A stretch of DNA of 64,000 nucleotides. Origin: an uncultured Muribaculaceae bacterium (lineage in GTDB: Bacteria > Bacteroidota > Bacteroidia > Bacteroidales > Muribaculaceae). The notes below the pieces were generated by a model. It saw only the letters and a list, made by a program, of their open reading frames with translations, had not been told where the DNA came from and made no database searches. The stretch's first letter is position 1. Every line of letters begins with the position of its first letter. The stretch lies in NCBI GenBank assembly GCA_964613095.1, contig CAZTFX010000003.1, positions 13,538 to 77,537 on the forward strand. The letters are read 5' to 3'. This document shows positions 10,321 to 20,073 of the stretch, one piece after another. A program made the translations under genes and the position numbers.

Positions 10321-10845
10321 TTAATTGTTAATATAGTTTTCGGTATATTTAACATTGTGAAGTGCCCTTAAAACATTTACCAACGTTTGCCCCCAATAAG
10401 ATTTAAAATTTTCTTTTACTGCCAACACAATCTCATTTGCAACTTCAGGCATGTTTTGCACCGATACTACAAAATTATAAAATTCTTGATAAAGATCAGA
10501 CAGATTTTCCGATATTGTTGTGGCAATCGGAGTATCCGAATATTTCATATCCTCCTCAAATACTTCAAGATATACATCATCTTCACCTAGTACTTGATAT
10601 ATATTTTCTCTTATAGTATTATAAGACTCTTCGCGTAAATAAAAATCAATATAATACATATCTTCGGTTTCATTCTCATTTTCAACAACATCACTCACTG
10701 CAATGTAAATGCGAGGTAATAGTTTTAATATCTTTTCCACGAAACCATCACGTTCCATTTCAATGGAATTTTCAACATCATGACAATATTCGTTTACAAG
10801 TGCAATAAATGTCAAAGTATTTCGAGACAAAGTAGTATCTTCCAT
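10321..10845 (-). CDS. DUF5063-like conserved hypothetical protein
   Basis: 174-aa acidic helical protein. The pattern FIALVNEYC...LLPRIY...LSDLYQE matches what I remember of DUF5063, which is commonly next to nadD/gmk in Bacteroidales. Confidence 0.5.
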   Translation of the reverse strand: MEDTTLSRNTLTFIALVNEYCHDVENSIEMERDGFVEKILKLLPRIYIAVSDVVENENETEDMYYIDFYLREESYNTIRENIYQVLGEDDVYLEVFEEDMKYSDTPIATTISENLSDLYQEFYNFVVSVQNMPEVANEIVLAVKENFKSYWGQTLVNVLRALHNVKYTENYINN

Positions 10846-10850
10846 AAAAC

Positions 10851-11426
10851 TTATAAATAAAGACCTTTTTCTAAAATATAACGATAAACATCTTGTGGCA
10901 GATAATAATTCATATTTCTATTTGCTTTTAATTGTTCCCTTATGTAAGTGGATGAAACTTCAACTATGGGTGAATCCAATTTTGCTACACGTTCTTTAAA
11001 TTCTTCGGGAATTATTATATCATAACCTAATCTTGGGTACACCATTACATTATGTTCTGATAATATCTTATCATATTGTTTCCATTTGCTAAAATTCTGC
11101 CAATTGTCAGCACCAATTATCAATACAAATTCATGCTGAGGAAACTTCTCTGCAAGAACCTCCAGTGTATTAACTGTATAAGACGGCTTCGGTAATGTAA
11201 ACTCCAAACCGGAAGTAATTACATTATCACACTTTGACGCAACAAGTTCAGCCATTGCAAGTCTATGAACATCATAACTTTCCGGCAGTTGAGTTTTTAA
11301 AGGATTTTGAGGAGATACCATTAACCATAACTGCTCAATATCGGTATATTGAGTTATATAATTAGCCAAGATAGCATGACCTATATGTATCGGGTTAAAA
11401 GAACCGCCTAAAACACCTATTTTCAT
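10851..11426 (-). CDS. nadD: nicotinate-nucleotide adenylyltransferase
   Basis: GGSFNPIHIGH (HxGH nucleotidyltransferase motif) and SSTYIR near the C-terminus; 191 aa. Confidence 0.9.
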   Translation of the reverse strand: MKIGVLGGSFNPIHIGHAILANYITQYTDIEQLWLMVSPQNPLKTQLPESYDVHRLAMAELVASKCDNVITSGLEFTLPKPSYTVNTLEVLAEKFPQHEFVLIIGADNWQNFSKWKQYDKILSEHNVMVYPRLGYDIIIPEEFKERVAKLDSPIVEVSSTYIREQLKANRNMNYYLPQDVYRYILEKGLYL

Positions 11427-12001
11427 TTGCTTTTTAAAACAAAATTCTTAATTATTTGCTCAGTTTCTTCAATTGCCACCTTCAATTGGTCATTAATTAC
11501 TTGACAGTCAAATTCTGTAGCAAATGATATTTCATATTCTGCCTTACCTACGCGTTCTGATATTGCTTCAATAGATTCAGTACCTCTTGATAATAAGCGA
11601 TGACGTAATATTTCAACGCTGGGCGGCATTATAAAAATGGATAAAGCCGATTCTCCATAAATTTTCTTTACGTTTATACCGCCTTTAACATCTACATCAA
11701 GTATAACATTACGCCCCATAGCACATATACGTTCAATTTCTTTCTTTAATGTACCATAAAAACGTCCGGGATAAACTTCCTCATATTCTACTAATTCATC
11801 ATTATCAATTGCTTTTTTAAAAGCTTCTTCACTCAAAAAATAGTAGTTTATGCCATCAGTTTCACCACGTCTAGGTTCTCTAGTTGTTGCTGAAATTGAG
11901 AATGTCAATTTTAATTCGTCATTCTTTATTACTTCATTTATTATTGTTGATTTTCCACAACCCGATGGGGCTGAAATTATTATTAATCTACCTCTTGACA
12001 T
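11423..12001 (-). CDS. gmk: guanylate kinase
   Basis: P-loop SAPSGCGKST, TTREPRRGE and YYF motifs. It overlaps nadD by 4 bp. Confidence 0.92.
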   Translation of the reverse strand: MSRGRLIIISAPSGCGKSTIINEVIKNDELKLTFSISATTREPRRGETDGINYYFLSEEAFKKAIDNDELVEYEEVYPGRFYGTLKKEIERICAMGRNVILDVDVKGGINVKKIYGESALSIFIMPPSVEILRHRLLSRGTESIEAISERVGKAEYEISFATEFDCQVINDQLKVAIEETEQIIKNFVLKSK

Positions 12002-12008
12002 AAAAAGA

Positions 12009-12884
12009 CTACATTACATTTAGAACTTGCTCTTTAATCTGTTCAAGTTCATCTTTCATTTTAACTACAATTCTCTGCATTTCAGCATGATTGGACTTGG
12101 AGCCTAAAGTGTTTATTTCACGTCCCATTTCTTGACTGATGAAACCTAATTTCTTACCTTGTCCGTGACCAGTTTCCAATGTTTCCAAGAAATAATCCAA
12201 ATGATTTGTCAAACGTAATTTTTCTTCATTTATATCAAGTTTCTCTATATAATAAATCATTTCTTGCTCAAATCGATTTCTATCATAATCAACTTGTTCC
12301 AATTTAGAAATAGAATCTTGAATACGTGCTTTTATTTTCTCCACACGTTCTTTTTCTAAAGGTTCAACCTCAGCCAACAAACGTCTTATATTAGATATTT
12401 TTTCCTTAAAGAACAATTCCAATCGTTGTCCTTCTTGTTTCCGAAACTCCATTAACGCATTTATCGCTTGAGTAACACATTCTGATAAAGCCATTAATTC
12501 TTCTTCTGAAACATCTCCGGCGTTTTCCGACTTTAATACATCAGGCAATCTCAAAAGAGTGGCGTACCAATCTTCAGGTAATGGAATATCCAATTCTGCC
12601 GACATCTTCTCAATCTGAGTTTTATATGCAGCCAATACCGGTACATTTATATTTACTGATGATGTTTCATCTGTTATTTCTGTAGTTATAAACAATTCAA
12701 CTTTTCCACGTTCCAGTGAACCAGCAACATCATTTCTTAAATCCAACTCTTTTTCTCTATAGATCTGTGGCATTTTAACCAACAAATCCATTTGCTTACT
12801 ATTTAAAGATTTGATTTCGGCTGTAATCTTTTTACCATCAAAAGATACTACCGATTTGCCAAATCCGGTCATTGATAAAATCAT
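12009..12884 (-). CDS. yicC: YicC family stress-induced protein
   Basis: Canonical MILSMTGFG start and C-terminal ..GREINTLGSKSN..; ATG at 12884. The extra 53 codons in the track ORF are a low-complexity read-through into the divergent promoter region. Confidence 0.85.
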   Translation of the reverse strand: MILSMTGFGKSVVSFDGKKITAEIKSLNSKQMDLLVKMPQIYREKELDLRNDVAGSLERGKVELFITTEITDETSSVNINVPVLAAYKTQIEKMSAELDIPLPEDWYATLLRLPDVLKSENAGDVSEEELMALSECVTQAINALMEFRKQEGQRLELFFKEKISNIRRLLAEVEPLEKERVEKIKARIQDSISKLEQVDYDRNRFEQEMIYYIEKLDINEEKLRLTNHLDYFLETLETGHGQGKKLGFISQEMGREINTLGSKSNHAEMQRIVVKMKDELEQIKEQVLNVM

Positions 12885-12985
12885 TGTTATAAATATTATT
12901 TTCTGCAAAAATAGTGTCTTATTTTCAAGAAATAGCAATAAAAACAGAAAAACTTGTAATTTTGCAAGGAATTTGATTTTTAAAA

Positions 12986-13672
12986 ATGGCAAATATACTA
13001 AATATAGACACATCAACCGATGTTTGTTCCGTTGCTTTAACAAGCGAAGGAACTGTTATAGAACACAGAGAAGATTACGAAGGGCAAAACCACGCAAAAG
13101 TTCTAAGCTCATTCATAAATGATATGTTTACTTATGCTACGCCAAGAGGAATAAAGCTCGACGCTATTTCTGTCAGTATGGGACCCGGCTCATATACCGG
13201 ACTTAGAATAGGCTTATCTGAAGCAAAAGGGTTATGTTTTGGTTTGGATATTCCACTAATTGGGATAAGCACACTTGAGCTTTTGACTGTAACCGTTATG
13301 TTTCGAGATTTTTGGGATGATGATATTTTATTTGCTCCTATGATTGACGCAAGGAGACAAGAGGTATATACAGGTGTATATGATTTGGCATTAAATAAAA
13401 TAATGCAACCTCAACCTCTTATATTAGATCAAAATTCGTTCCAAGAATTTTCCGATAAAAAAATTATATTTTTTGGCAACGGATCCGATAAAGCAAAAGA
13501 TATAATCCAGTTACCTAATGCTCAATTTATAAAAGGGATAAAACCTGAAGCAGTAAATATGATGGCATTATCGGAAAGAGCTTTTAGAAATAATGATTTT
13601 ATTGATATTGCATATTCTACACCGGAATATCTCAAAGAATTTCAAAGTACAATTCCAAAAAAGAAATTCTAA
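12986..13672 (+). CDS. tsaB: tRNA threonylcarbamoyladenosine (t6A) biosynthesis protein TsaB
   Basis: ILNIDTSTDVCSVAL N-terminus and GPGSYTGLRIG motif; 228 aa. Confidence 0.88.
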   Translation: MANILNIDTSTDVCSVALTSEGTVIEHREDYEGQNHAKVLSSFINDMFTYATPRGIKLDAISVSMGPGSYTGLRIGLSEAKGLCFGLDIPLIGISTLELLTVTVMFRDFWDDDILFAPMIDARRQEVYTGVYDLALNKIMQPQPLILDQNSFQEFSDKKIIFFGNGSDKAKDIIQLPNAQFIKGIKPEAVNMMALSERAFRNNDFIDIAYSTPEYLKEFQSTIPKKKF

Positions 13673-13773
13673 AGCAATTAAACAAAAGTCTTTAATTTTG
13701 GTAATATAATTAATGGTTTATTTGCCAATTATAATTTATCCGATTATTTTTGCACAGAGATTTAAAGAATTAT

Positions 13774-14373
13774 ATGCTAGAATACAACAATCAGAAAAAA
13801 AATCTTATTCTTCCTGAATATGGAAGGAACATTCAACAAATGGTAGAATATTGCACATCCATTGAAAACAGAGATGAACGAAACAGATGTGCAAATACTA
13901 TAATACAAACAATGGGAAATCTATTCCCTCAACTTAGAGATACCCCCGAATTTAAACATAAATTATGGGATCATTTGGCTATTATGTCAAATTTCACTCT
14001 TGATATTGATTACCCTTATGAAATAATTAAAAAAGAAAATCTAAACACATCACCTCAACCGGTTTCATATCAATTAGAACCTATAAAATATCGTCATTAC
14101 GGTAAAGTTATAGAACAAATGATAAGCCGAGCTTGCGAATATCCGGATGGCGAAGAACGCAATAGTTTAATTTTATTGATAGCTAATCATATGAAAAAAT
14201 TGATATATGGTATCAATAAAGAAGATGTTGAAGATGAAAAAATTTTCAATGATTTATATCAATATTCTCGCGGTAAGATTAAATTAACCACCGAAACCCA
14301 TAAACTTCATGTGTTTAAGGAGGCTCCGGTTGTACAAAATAATACTAAGAAAAATTCTAAAAAGAAAAAATGA
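13774..14373 (+). CDS. DUF4290-like conserved hypothetical protein
   Basis: About 200 aa with LPEYGRNIQQMVEY..., as I recall for DUF4290, which commonly sits upstream of rimM in Bacteroidota. ATG at 13774 is preferred over the TTG at 13750. Confidence 0.5.
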   Translation: MLEYNNQKKNLILPEYGRNIQQMVEYCTSIENRDERNRCANTIIQTMGNLFPQLRDTPEFKHKLWDHLAIMSNFTLDIDYPYEIIKKENLNTSPQPVSYQLEPIKYRHYGKVIEQMISRACEYPDGEERNSLILLIANHMKKLIYGINKEDVEDEKIFNDLYQYSRGKIKLTTETHKLHVFKEAPVVQNNTKKNSKKKK

Positions 14374-14903
14374 TCCGAAGAGAAGATATTATTGAAATCG
14401 GAGTATATAATAAACCACATGGTATAAATGGTGAAATATCCGCTACTTTTGATTATGATATAGACATAATCAAAGATATTAATTGTTTTATTACCGATAT
14501 TAATGGTATATATGTTCCATTTTTTGCTGAAAATTTAAGAACCAAAAGTAATAGTACAGTTCTTTTAAAAATTGAAGGGTTGGATGATGAAGTTAGTGTT
14601 AAGAAACTTGTAAACAATAAAATTTATACATTAAAATCCTCATTTCAACATTCACATGAAGTTTCTGATGAAACAGAAGAATTACCACTGGATTATTTTA
14701 TAGGATTTACAATATCAGAAGAAAAAGAGGGAATCATCGGAAATATTCTTGATGTAGATTGTTCTACCGAGAACTTTTTATTTATTGTCAATAACCACGA
14801 CAAACAAGTATTTATCCCTGCAACAGATGATTTTATTGTTGACATTGATTTAGATTGTAAAACTATAACAATGTGCTTGCCTATGGGAATCTTAGAAATT
14901 TAA
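14370..14903 (+). CDS. rimM: 16S rRNA processing protein RimM
   Basis: GKPHGINGE N-terminal motif, a PRC-barrel-like C-terminus and 177 aa. An ATGA overlap joins it to the upstream gene. Confidence 0.8.
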   Translation: MIRREDIIEIGVYNKPHGINGEISATFDYDIDIIKDINCFITDINGIYVPFFAENLRTKSNSTVLLKIEGLDDEVSVKKLVNNKIYTLKSSFQHSHEVSDETEELPLDYFIGFTISEEKEGIIGNILDVDCSTENFLFIVNNHDKQVFIPATDDFIVDIDLDCKTITMCLPMGILEI

Positions 14904-14924
14904 ACTAACTAAAAAGATAAAATT

Positions 14925-15245
14925 ATGAGTGACAACAAAACTTTCGATGAAAATGAAGCAATAGAGTTCATACGTAACTATATTCCGACAAATATCAAAA
15001 ATAAGTATAGCGATAATGATATTCTACTATTGATGGATACAATGTATGATTTCTATGATGAAGACGAAGACAATGACGATCAATACGACGAAACTCCTAT
15101 AAATAACGAAACATATATTAATCGTATTGTTAATTACGTAAAGAAAAGTATTCGAAAAGACCCGGACAATGCAATTGAAATGGACGATGTTAAGCATTTG
15201 GTTCTTGGTGAAATTGAATATGAAAACACTTTAGATATTTTTTAA
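14925..15245 (+). CDS. hypothetical small acidic protein
   Basis: 106-aa ORF with a D/E-rich middle (YDEDEDNDDQYDE). No family recognised; coding is inferred from tight packing and codon composition. Confidence 0.4.
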   Translation: MSDNKTFDENEAIEFIRNYIPTNIKNKYSDNDILLLMDTMYDFYDEDEDNDDQYDETPINNETYINRIVNYVKKSIRKDPDNAIEMDDVKHLVLGEIEYENTLDIF

Positions 15246-15254
15246 CAACAGTAT

Positions 15255-15911
15255 ATGATTAAGAATATAATATTATCACTTATCATAATTTCTTTACTAT
15301 GTCCTATACATTGTGAAGCAAAGTTTTTCGGTAAAAAAGAAAAAAATGAAGAAATTGATATATATGAGCTATCAATAGATGAAAATATATCAACACCGGA
15401 ATTAGGTAAACAAACTAATAAAATAATTGAATTCCAAAAAACACAACTTCAACATCTTAACAAATTAGATCAAGCAAGTTTTCCATACGAAACTAAATTA
15501 ATAAGAGATGGAGAAGTTATAATGATTACAATACCGGCACGAAGTCTATTCGAACAAAATAAAACTAATCTAACAGAAAAAGGTAAAGATGTGCTTAAAC
15601 CCATATTAAAATATCTCAAAACCAAACAACTATACAAAATTGTTTTAGCAATGCATTCCGACAATACAGGAAATGATATTTATACAATGGATTTAACGAC
15701 CAAGCGTGTTAATTCTGTTTTCGATTGGCTAGGGGAGAAGGATAAAACAATGACAGACAATGTTGTACCATATGCTTTAGGAAGCAACGACCCTATAGTC
15801 GATAACAATTCTGTTTCCAATAGAGATAAAAATCGTCGTTTGGTTATTTATTTAATTCCAGGAAAAATTATGATATACCAAGCAAAAAAAAGTAAAATCA
15901 ATCTTTCATAA
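15255..15911 (+). CDS. OmpA-family (OmpA_C-like peptidoglycan-associating) protein
   Basis: Signal peptide, then the C-terminal pattern ..VLAMHSDNTG..LTTKRVNSVFDWL....NRDKNRRLVIYLIP, typical of OmpA/MotB C-terminal domains. Confidence 0.65.
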   Translation: MIKNIILSLIIISLLCPIHCEAKFFGKKEKNEEIDIYELSIDENISTPELGKQTNKIIEFQKTQLQHLNKLDQASFPYETKLIRDGEVIMITIPARSLFEQNKTNLTEKGKDVLKPILKYLKTKQLYKIVLAMHSDNTGNDIYTMDLTTKRVNSVFDWLGEKDKTMTDNVVPYALGSNDPIVDNNSVSNRDKNRRLVIYLIPGKIMIYQAKKSKINLS

Positions 15912-15967
15912 AAAAGATTCTTTCTATCGCTATAAAAACACTAACTTTGCAAAAAATATAATAAATA

Positions 15968-17449
15968 ATGGCAAAAGAGCTTAAAGATTTAACAAAAAGA
16001 GCAGAAAACTACTCTCAATGGTATAATGATTTGGTTGTTAAAGCCGATTTGGCAGAACAATCAGCAGTAAGAGGTTGCATGGTTATCAAACCTTATGGCT
16101 ATGCTATTTGGGAAAAAATGCAACAAGAATTAGATAGAAGATTTAAAGAAACAGGGCACGTTAATGCATATTTTCCTTTATTAATACCCAAGTCTTTCCT
16201 TAGTAGAGAGGCTGACCATGTCGAAGGTTTTGCGAAAGAATGTGCCATTGTGACACACCACCGTCTTAAAAATTCCCCAGATGGAAAAGGGGTAATTGTT
16301 GATCCTGAAGCAAAATTAGAAGAAGAACTAATCATTCGTCCTACTTCAGAAACAATCATTTGGAATACATATAAAAATTGGATAAACTCATACCGAGACC
16401 TACCTATTCTATGCAATCAATGGGCAAATGTAATGCGCTGGGAAATGCGTACTCGTATGTTCTTACGAACAGCAGAATTCCTATGGCAAGAAGGACACAC
16501 TGCCCATGCTACAAGCGAAGAGGCAATTGAAGAGGTCAAGAAAATGATTAACGTTTATGCTGATTTCGCTGAAAATTGTATGGCAGTTCCGGTTATACAA
16601 GGTGTAAAAACAGCCAATGAACGCTTTGCCGGTGCTATTGATACTTACACTATTGAAGCAATGATGCAAGACGGTAAGGCTCTTCAATCGGGAACATCAC
16701 ATTTCTTGGGACAAAATTTTGCTAAGGCTTTTGACGTAAAATTCATTAACAAAAATAATGAATTAGAATATGTTTGGGCAACATCATGGGGTGTGTCAAC
16801 TCGTTTAATGGGAGCATTAATTATGACTCATTCCGATGATAACGGTTTAGTTTTACCACCCAAATTGGCTCCTATACAAGTAGTAATCATTCCTATTTAT
16901 AAGAGTGAAGAACAACTAAATGAAATTAGTAAAAAAGTTGAACCTATCATTAATAAACTGAAATCTATGGGCATAAGTGTAAAATATGATAACGCTGATA
17001 ATAAACGTCCGGGATTCAAATTTGCCGATTATGAGTTGAAAGGTGTTCCAGTAAGACTTGTTTTAGGTGCAAGAGATATTGAAAATAATACAATTGAAGT
17101 TATGCGTCGTGACACTTTAGAAAAACACGTAGCTTCTCTTGATAACATAGAAGAATATGTAGCTAATCTATTGAATGAAATTCAACAAAACATTTTCAAT
17201 AAGGCGTTAAAGCACCGAGAAGAAATGACATATACTGTAGATACTTGGGACGAATTTAAGGAACGTATTGAAAATGGAGGATTTATTCTTGCTCATTGGG
17301 ATGGAACTACCGAAACAGAATTAAAAATAAAAGAGGAAACAAAAGCAACCATACGCTGTATTCCTCTTGAAGGAGATAAAACTCCGGGACAATGTATTTA
17401 TACAGGAAAACCATCTGCACAAAGGGTTCTATTTGCAAGAAATTACTAA
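15968..17449 (+). CDS. proS: proline--tRNA ligase (archaeal/Bacteroidetes-type)
   Basis: 493 aa with YSQWYNDLV...[14 protein letters not shown], class II motifs ([16 protein letters not shown]) and the C-terminal Zn-like domain of the short ProRS type. Confidence 0.93.
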   Translation: MAKELKDLTKRAENYSQWYNDLVVKADLAEQSAVRGCMVIKPYGYAIWEKMQQELDRRFKETGHVNAYFPLLIPKSFLSREADHVEGFAKECAIVTHHRLKNSPDGKGVIVDPEAKLEEELIIRPTSETIIWNTYKNWINSYRDLPILCNQWANVMRWEMRTRMFLRTAEFLWQEGHTAHATSEEAIEEVKKMINVYADFAENCMAVPVIQGVKTANERFAGAIDTYTIEAMMQDGKALQSGTSHFLGQNFAKAFDVKFINKNNELEYVWATSWGVSTRLMGALIMTHSDDNGLVLPPKLAPIQVVIIPIYKSEEQLNEISKKVEPIINKLKSMGISVKYDNADNKRPGFKFADYELKGVPVRLVLGARDIENNTIEVMRRDTLEKHVASLDNIEEYVANLLNEIQQNIFNKALKHREEMTYTVDTWDEFKERIENGGFILAHWDGTTETELKIKEETKATIRCIPLEGDKTPGQCIYTGKPSAQRVLFARNY

Positions 17450-17474
17450 TTTCGAGATTAAAGTTAATTTTATA

Positions 17475-17510
17475 AAACCGAATTTAGACGATAATGTCTG
17501 AGTTCGGTTT
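17475..17510. terminator. bidirectional intrinsic terminator between convergent genes
   Basis: aaaccgaatttagac (17475-17489) pairs with gtctgagttcggttt (17496-17510) with 2 mismatches. A- and T-runs flank the hairpin. Confidence 0.7.
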
Positions 17511-17514
17511 ATTA

Positions 17515-18612
17515 TTATTTATGTTTTACAAATCTTATTTGTCCCTTTTCTTTAGGGAAATATAAAGTCATTATATTATTATCTTCCTCTATCATAACAT
17601 AAGTATCATCATTAATTTCCTCAAAAACAGAATCATACCACACCAAATCATAATTATCTTTAAATCTGGTAGGAGATAAACGTCCTTTTAACATTCCACT
17701 TGTCCATTTTACGCTATTCACTACTGCTCCTGAATAATATAACAAATCATAACCGCTTTCATTATTTTCAACTACAACTAATTGATATTTACCACCTAAT
17801 TTCAACTTCGTTTCATCTATATTTCTATCTAAATAAGTCCATAATCCTTCAATATTCCCAATCGAATCACTTCTCAAATAATCATTTAAATTATTCCGAT
17901 TCCATTTGGTTAAAAGTCTACGTTCCTTTATTATGTTTTTTTTCGTAATAAAACGTTCTAATTCAACCACGCTACCTGAACCTATAAAATAACCTATTTT
18001 CATTGAATCGCCATATGATACATCAATTTTATCTATTAAAATAGGATTATCATCTCCTATATATAGATAGGTATTGTCTCCATCATATTTTAACCAAATA
18101 GAATTATATCCATCATATAAATCAACACCTTTTCTTAATGATGTAGTTTTTATTATTTCAATATTTCCAGAATTTACATTTAACACTTCTACTATTAAAC
18201 TTCTCTCATCAAGAATATCATGCAATAATGTATTATGACCTTTTAATCGTATCATTTGGTAATTATTGCAATCTTTATAATTCCACACAAATCCCCAACT
18301 AGGATTTGAGACTTTATAAGACTTATTATATTTATTATATATTTTAAATGATTTTCCACTCAAGTTACTTTTATTAGCAATTCTCATGGAAATTGAAAAT
18401 TCTGAATTTGCACAATAAAAATCAATAAGATTAAAATGAATCTCAGTTGAACTATTACTCTCAACAAGGATATCATCTATTATCTCGTTATCTTGATTTT
18501 TTAAACCATTAAAGCCATTTAAATAGGTATAGTATTTTGATTGTGAGGTCATAATACTAGATGTAAATAACATCAATATAAGACACATAAAGAATCGATA
18601 TTTTTTATTCAT
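17515..18612 (-). CDS. hypothetical secreted protein
   Basis: 365-aa ORF with an N-terminal signal peptide (MNKKYRFFMCLILMLFTSSIMTSQS). N/Y/D-rich, and I recognise no motif. Confidence 0.45.
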   Translation of the reverse strand: MNKKYRFFMCLILMLFTSSIMTSQSKYYTYLNGFNGLKNQDNEIIDDILVESNSSTEIHFNLIDFYCANSEFSISMRIANKSNLSGKSFKIYNKYNKSYKVSNPSWGFVWNYKDCNNYQMIRLKGHNTLLHDILDERSLIVEVLNVNSGNIEIIKTTSLRKGVDLYDGYNSIWLKYDGDNTYLYIGDDNPILIDKIDVSYGDSMKIGYFIGSGSVVELERFITKKNIIKERRLLTKWNRNNLNDYLRSDSIGNIEGLWTYLDRNIDETKLKLGGKYQLVVVENNESGYDLLYYSGAVVNSVKWTSGMLKGRLSPTRFKDNYDLVWYDSVFEEINDDTYVMIEEDNNIMTLYFPKEKGQIRFVKHK

Positions 18613-18727
18613 AATTCAATCATTTAATATTTATAATATTAAAGAATGGTTTAAATCATTCTTTAACGCAAAGATATTACAATATTTTTATTACCTTTGT
18701 TAGTTGAATACATATTTTGGCAAAAAA

Positions 18728-19375
18728 ATGGAGTTAATCCTATTAATGATAATACGTGGACTAGCTATTGGTATATTGGTTTCTGCACCGATGGGACCAA
18801 TAGGTGTGCTATGTATACAACGAACTCTTAACAAAGGACGATGGTCGGGTTTTTTTACCGGATTAGGGGCAGCTTTATCCGATATAATATATTGTCTGTT
18901 AACCGGACTTGGTATGTCTTTTGTTATTGATTTTATAGAAACGAATCAAAATATTTTACAAATCGTAGGAAGTGTAGCTTTATTACTATATGGATTTTAT
19001 CTTCTTAGGAAAAATCCTGCCGGTAGCCTTAAAGCTCCTAAACAAAAAAAAGCATCTTATCCTCAAGATTTCATCACCGGATTCTTGTTCACCTTTTCCA
19101 ATCCACTGATTTTATTCTTGATAATTAGTTTTTATGCTCGTTTTAACTTCCTATCACCCGATTACCACTACTACCATTATTTAGTTGGATTCCTGTTTAT
19201 ATTTGTTGGAGCTTTATTATGGTGGTTTATTATAACATTTTTTGTAAATAAAATACGTTCTAAGTTCAATGTAAGAAGCATGTGGCTGGTAAATTGTATA
19301 ATTGGTGTTATTATATTACTTATGGCTGCATTTGGACTTATTACCGGTATTAAAGACTATATTACGATTTTATGA
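18728..19375 (+). CDS. LysE family amino-acid efflux translocator
   Basis: About 215 aa and about 6 TM segments. SAPMGPIGVLCIQRTL at the N-terminus and FSNPLILF are typical of the LysE/RhtB family. ATG at 18728 is preferred over the TTG at 18704. Confidence 0.7.
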   Translation: MELILLMIIRGLAIGILVSAPMGPIGVLCIQRTLNKGRWSGFFTGLGAALSDIIYCLLTGLGMSFVIDFIETNQNILQIVGSVALLLYGFYLLRKNPAGSLKAPKQKKASYPQDFITGFLFTFSNPLILFLIISFYARFNFLSPDYHYYHYLVGFLFIFVGALLWWFIITFFVNKIRSKFNVRSMWLVNCIIGVIILLMAAFGLITGIKDYITIL

Positions 19376-20043
19376 GCAGCATAAAAAAGCACTTAACAAT
19401 TCCATATTATTCTAAATTGGATAATATGTCATTAGAAGATGTTAGTAGTTTTCTTGAACAAGAAGAAGTAAAACATCATATCAAATGTCGTAATTGGGTG
19501 GAAAAATTTCATTTTCATCCTCTTACTGCATTTACTGTAGCATACTCTGAAAAATATATTTACGTTGATTTTTATGTACGAGGTAATTACCTAAGAGCTG
19601 TGAATTACACCAATAATTCACCTGTTGCAGAAGATAGTTGTGTTGAATTTTTCTTAAAAGCTCCCGGTAATAACGAATATTGGAACTTTGAATTTAATTG
19701 CATTGGAACAATTAATGCGTCACATAGAGAAAAAAGAGAAAATCCCACTAGATTAAATGATGAAGAGATCGCACAAATTAAACGTTATGCATCATGTGGA
19801 ACCAGACCTTTTGAAGAAATGGAAGGAATATTTTCATGGAATTTGATTATTGCCATACCATTTTCTCTAATTGGACTCGACTCAAACAATTTACCGGAAA
19901 TGATAACAGGAAATTTCTATAAATGTGGTTCAAAAACCAGTGCACCGCATTTATTAAGTTGGTCTCCAATAGACTATCCTAAGCCGGATTTTCATAGACC
20001 AGAATTCTTTGGTGATTTGTTTTTCGGAGCAAAAGATAAATAA
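19372..20043 (+). CDS. carbohydrate-binding family 9-like (DOMON-like) protein
   Basis: 223 aa. EDSCVEFFL...NFEFNCIG...NFYKCG...PDFHRPEFFG matches my recollection of CBM9-like proteins of Bacteroidales. Confidence 0.5.
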   Translation: MSSIKKHLTIPYYSKLDNMSLEDVSSFLEQEEVKHHIKCRNWVEKFHFHPLTAFTVAYSEKYIYVDFYVRGNYLRAVNYTNNSPVAEDSCVEFFLKAPGNNEYWNFEFNCIGTINASHREKRENPTRLNDEEIAQIKRYASCGTRPFEEMEGIFSWNLIIAIPFSLIGLDSNNLPEMITGNFYKCGSKTSAPHLLSWSPIDYPKPDFHRPEFFGDLFFGAKDK

Positions 20044-20073
20044 TTACTAATATATTAATCAAGTCAATACACA

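Noticed and set aside
12885-13043. 53-codon N-terminal extension of the YicC ORF
   Set aside because: The extension is hydrophobic nonsense (LFLLLFLENKTLFLQK). It overlaps the tsaB start and the divergent promoter region, and YicC proteins start at MxxSMTGFG.
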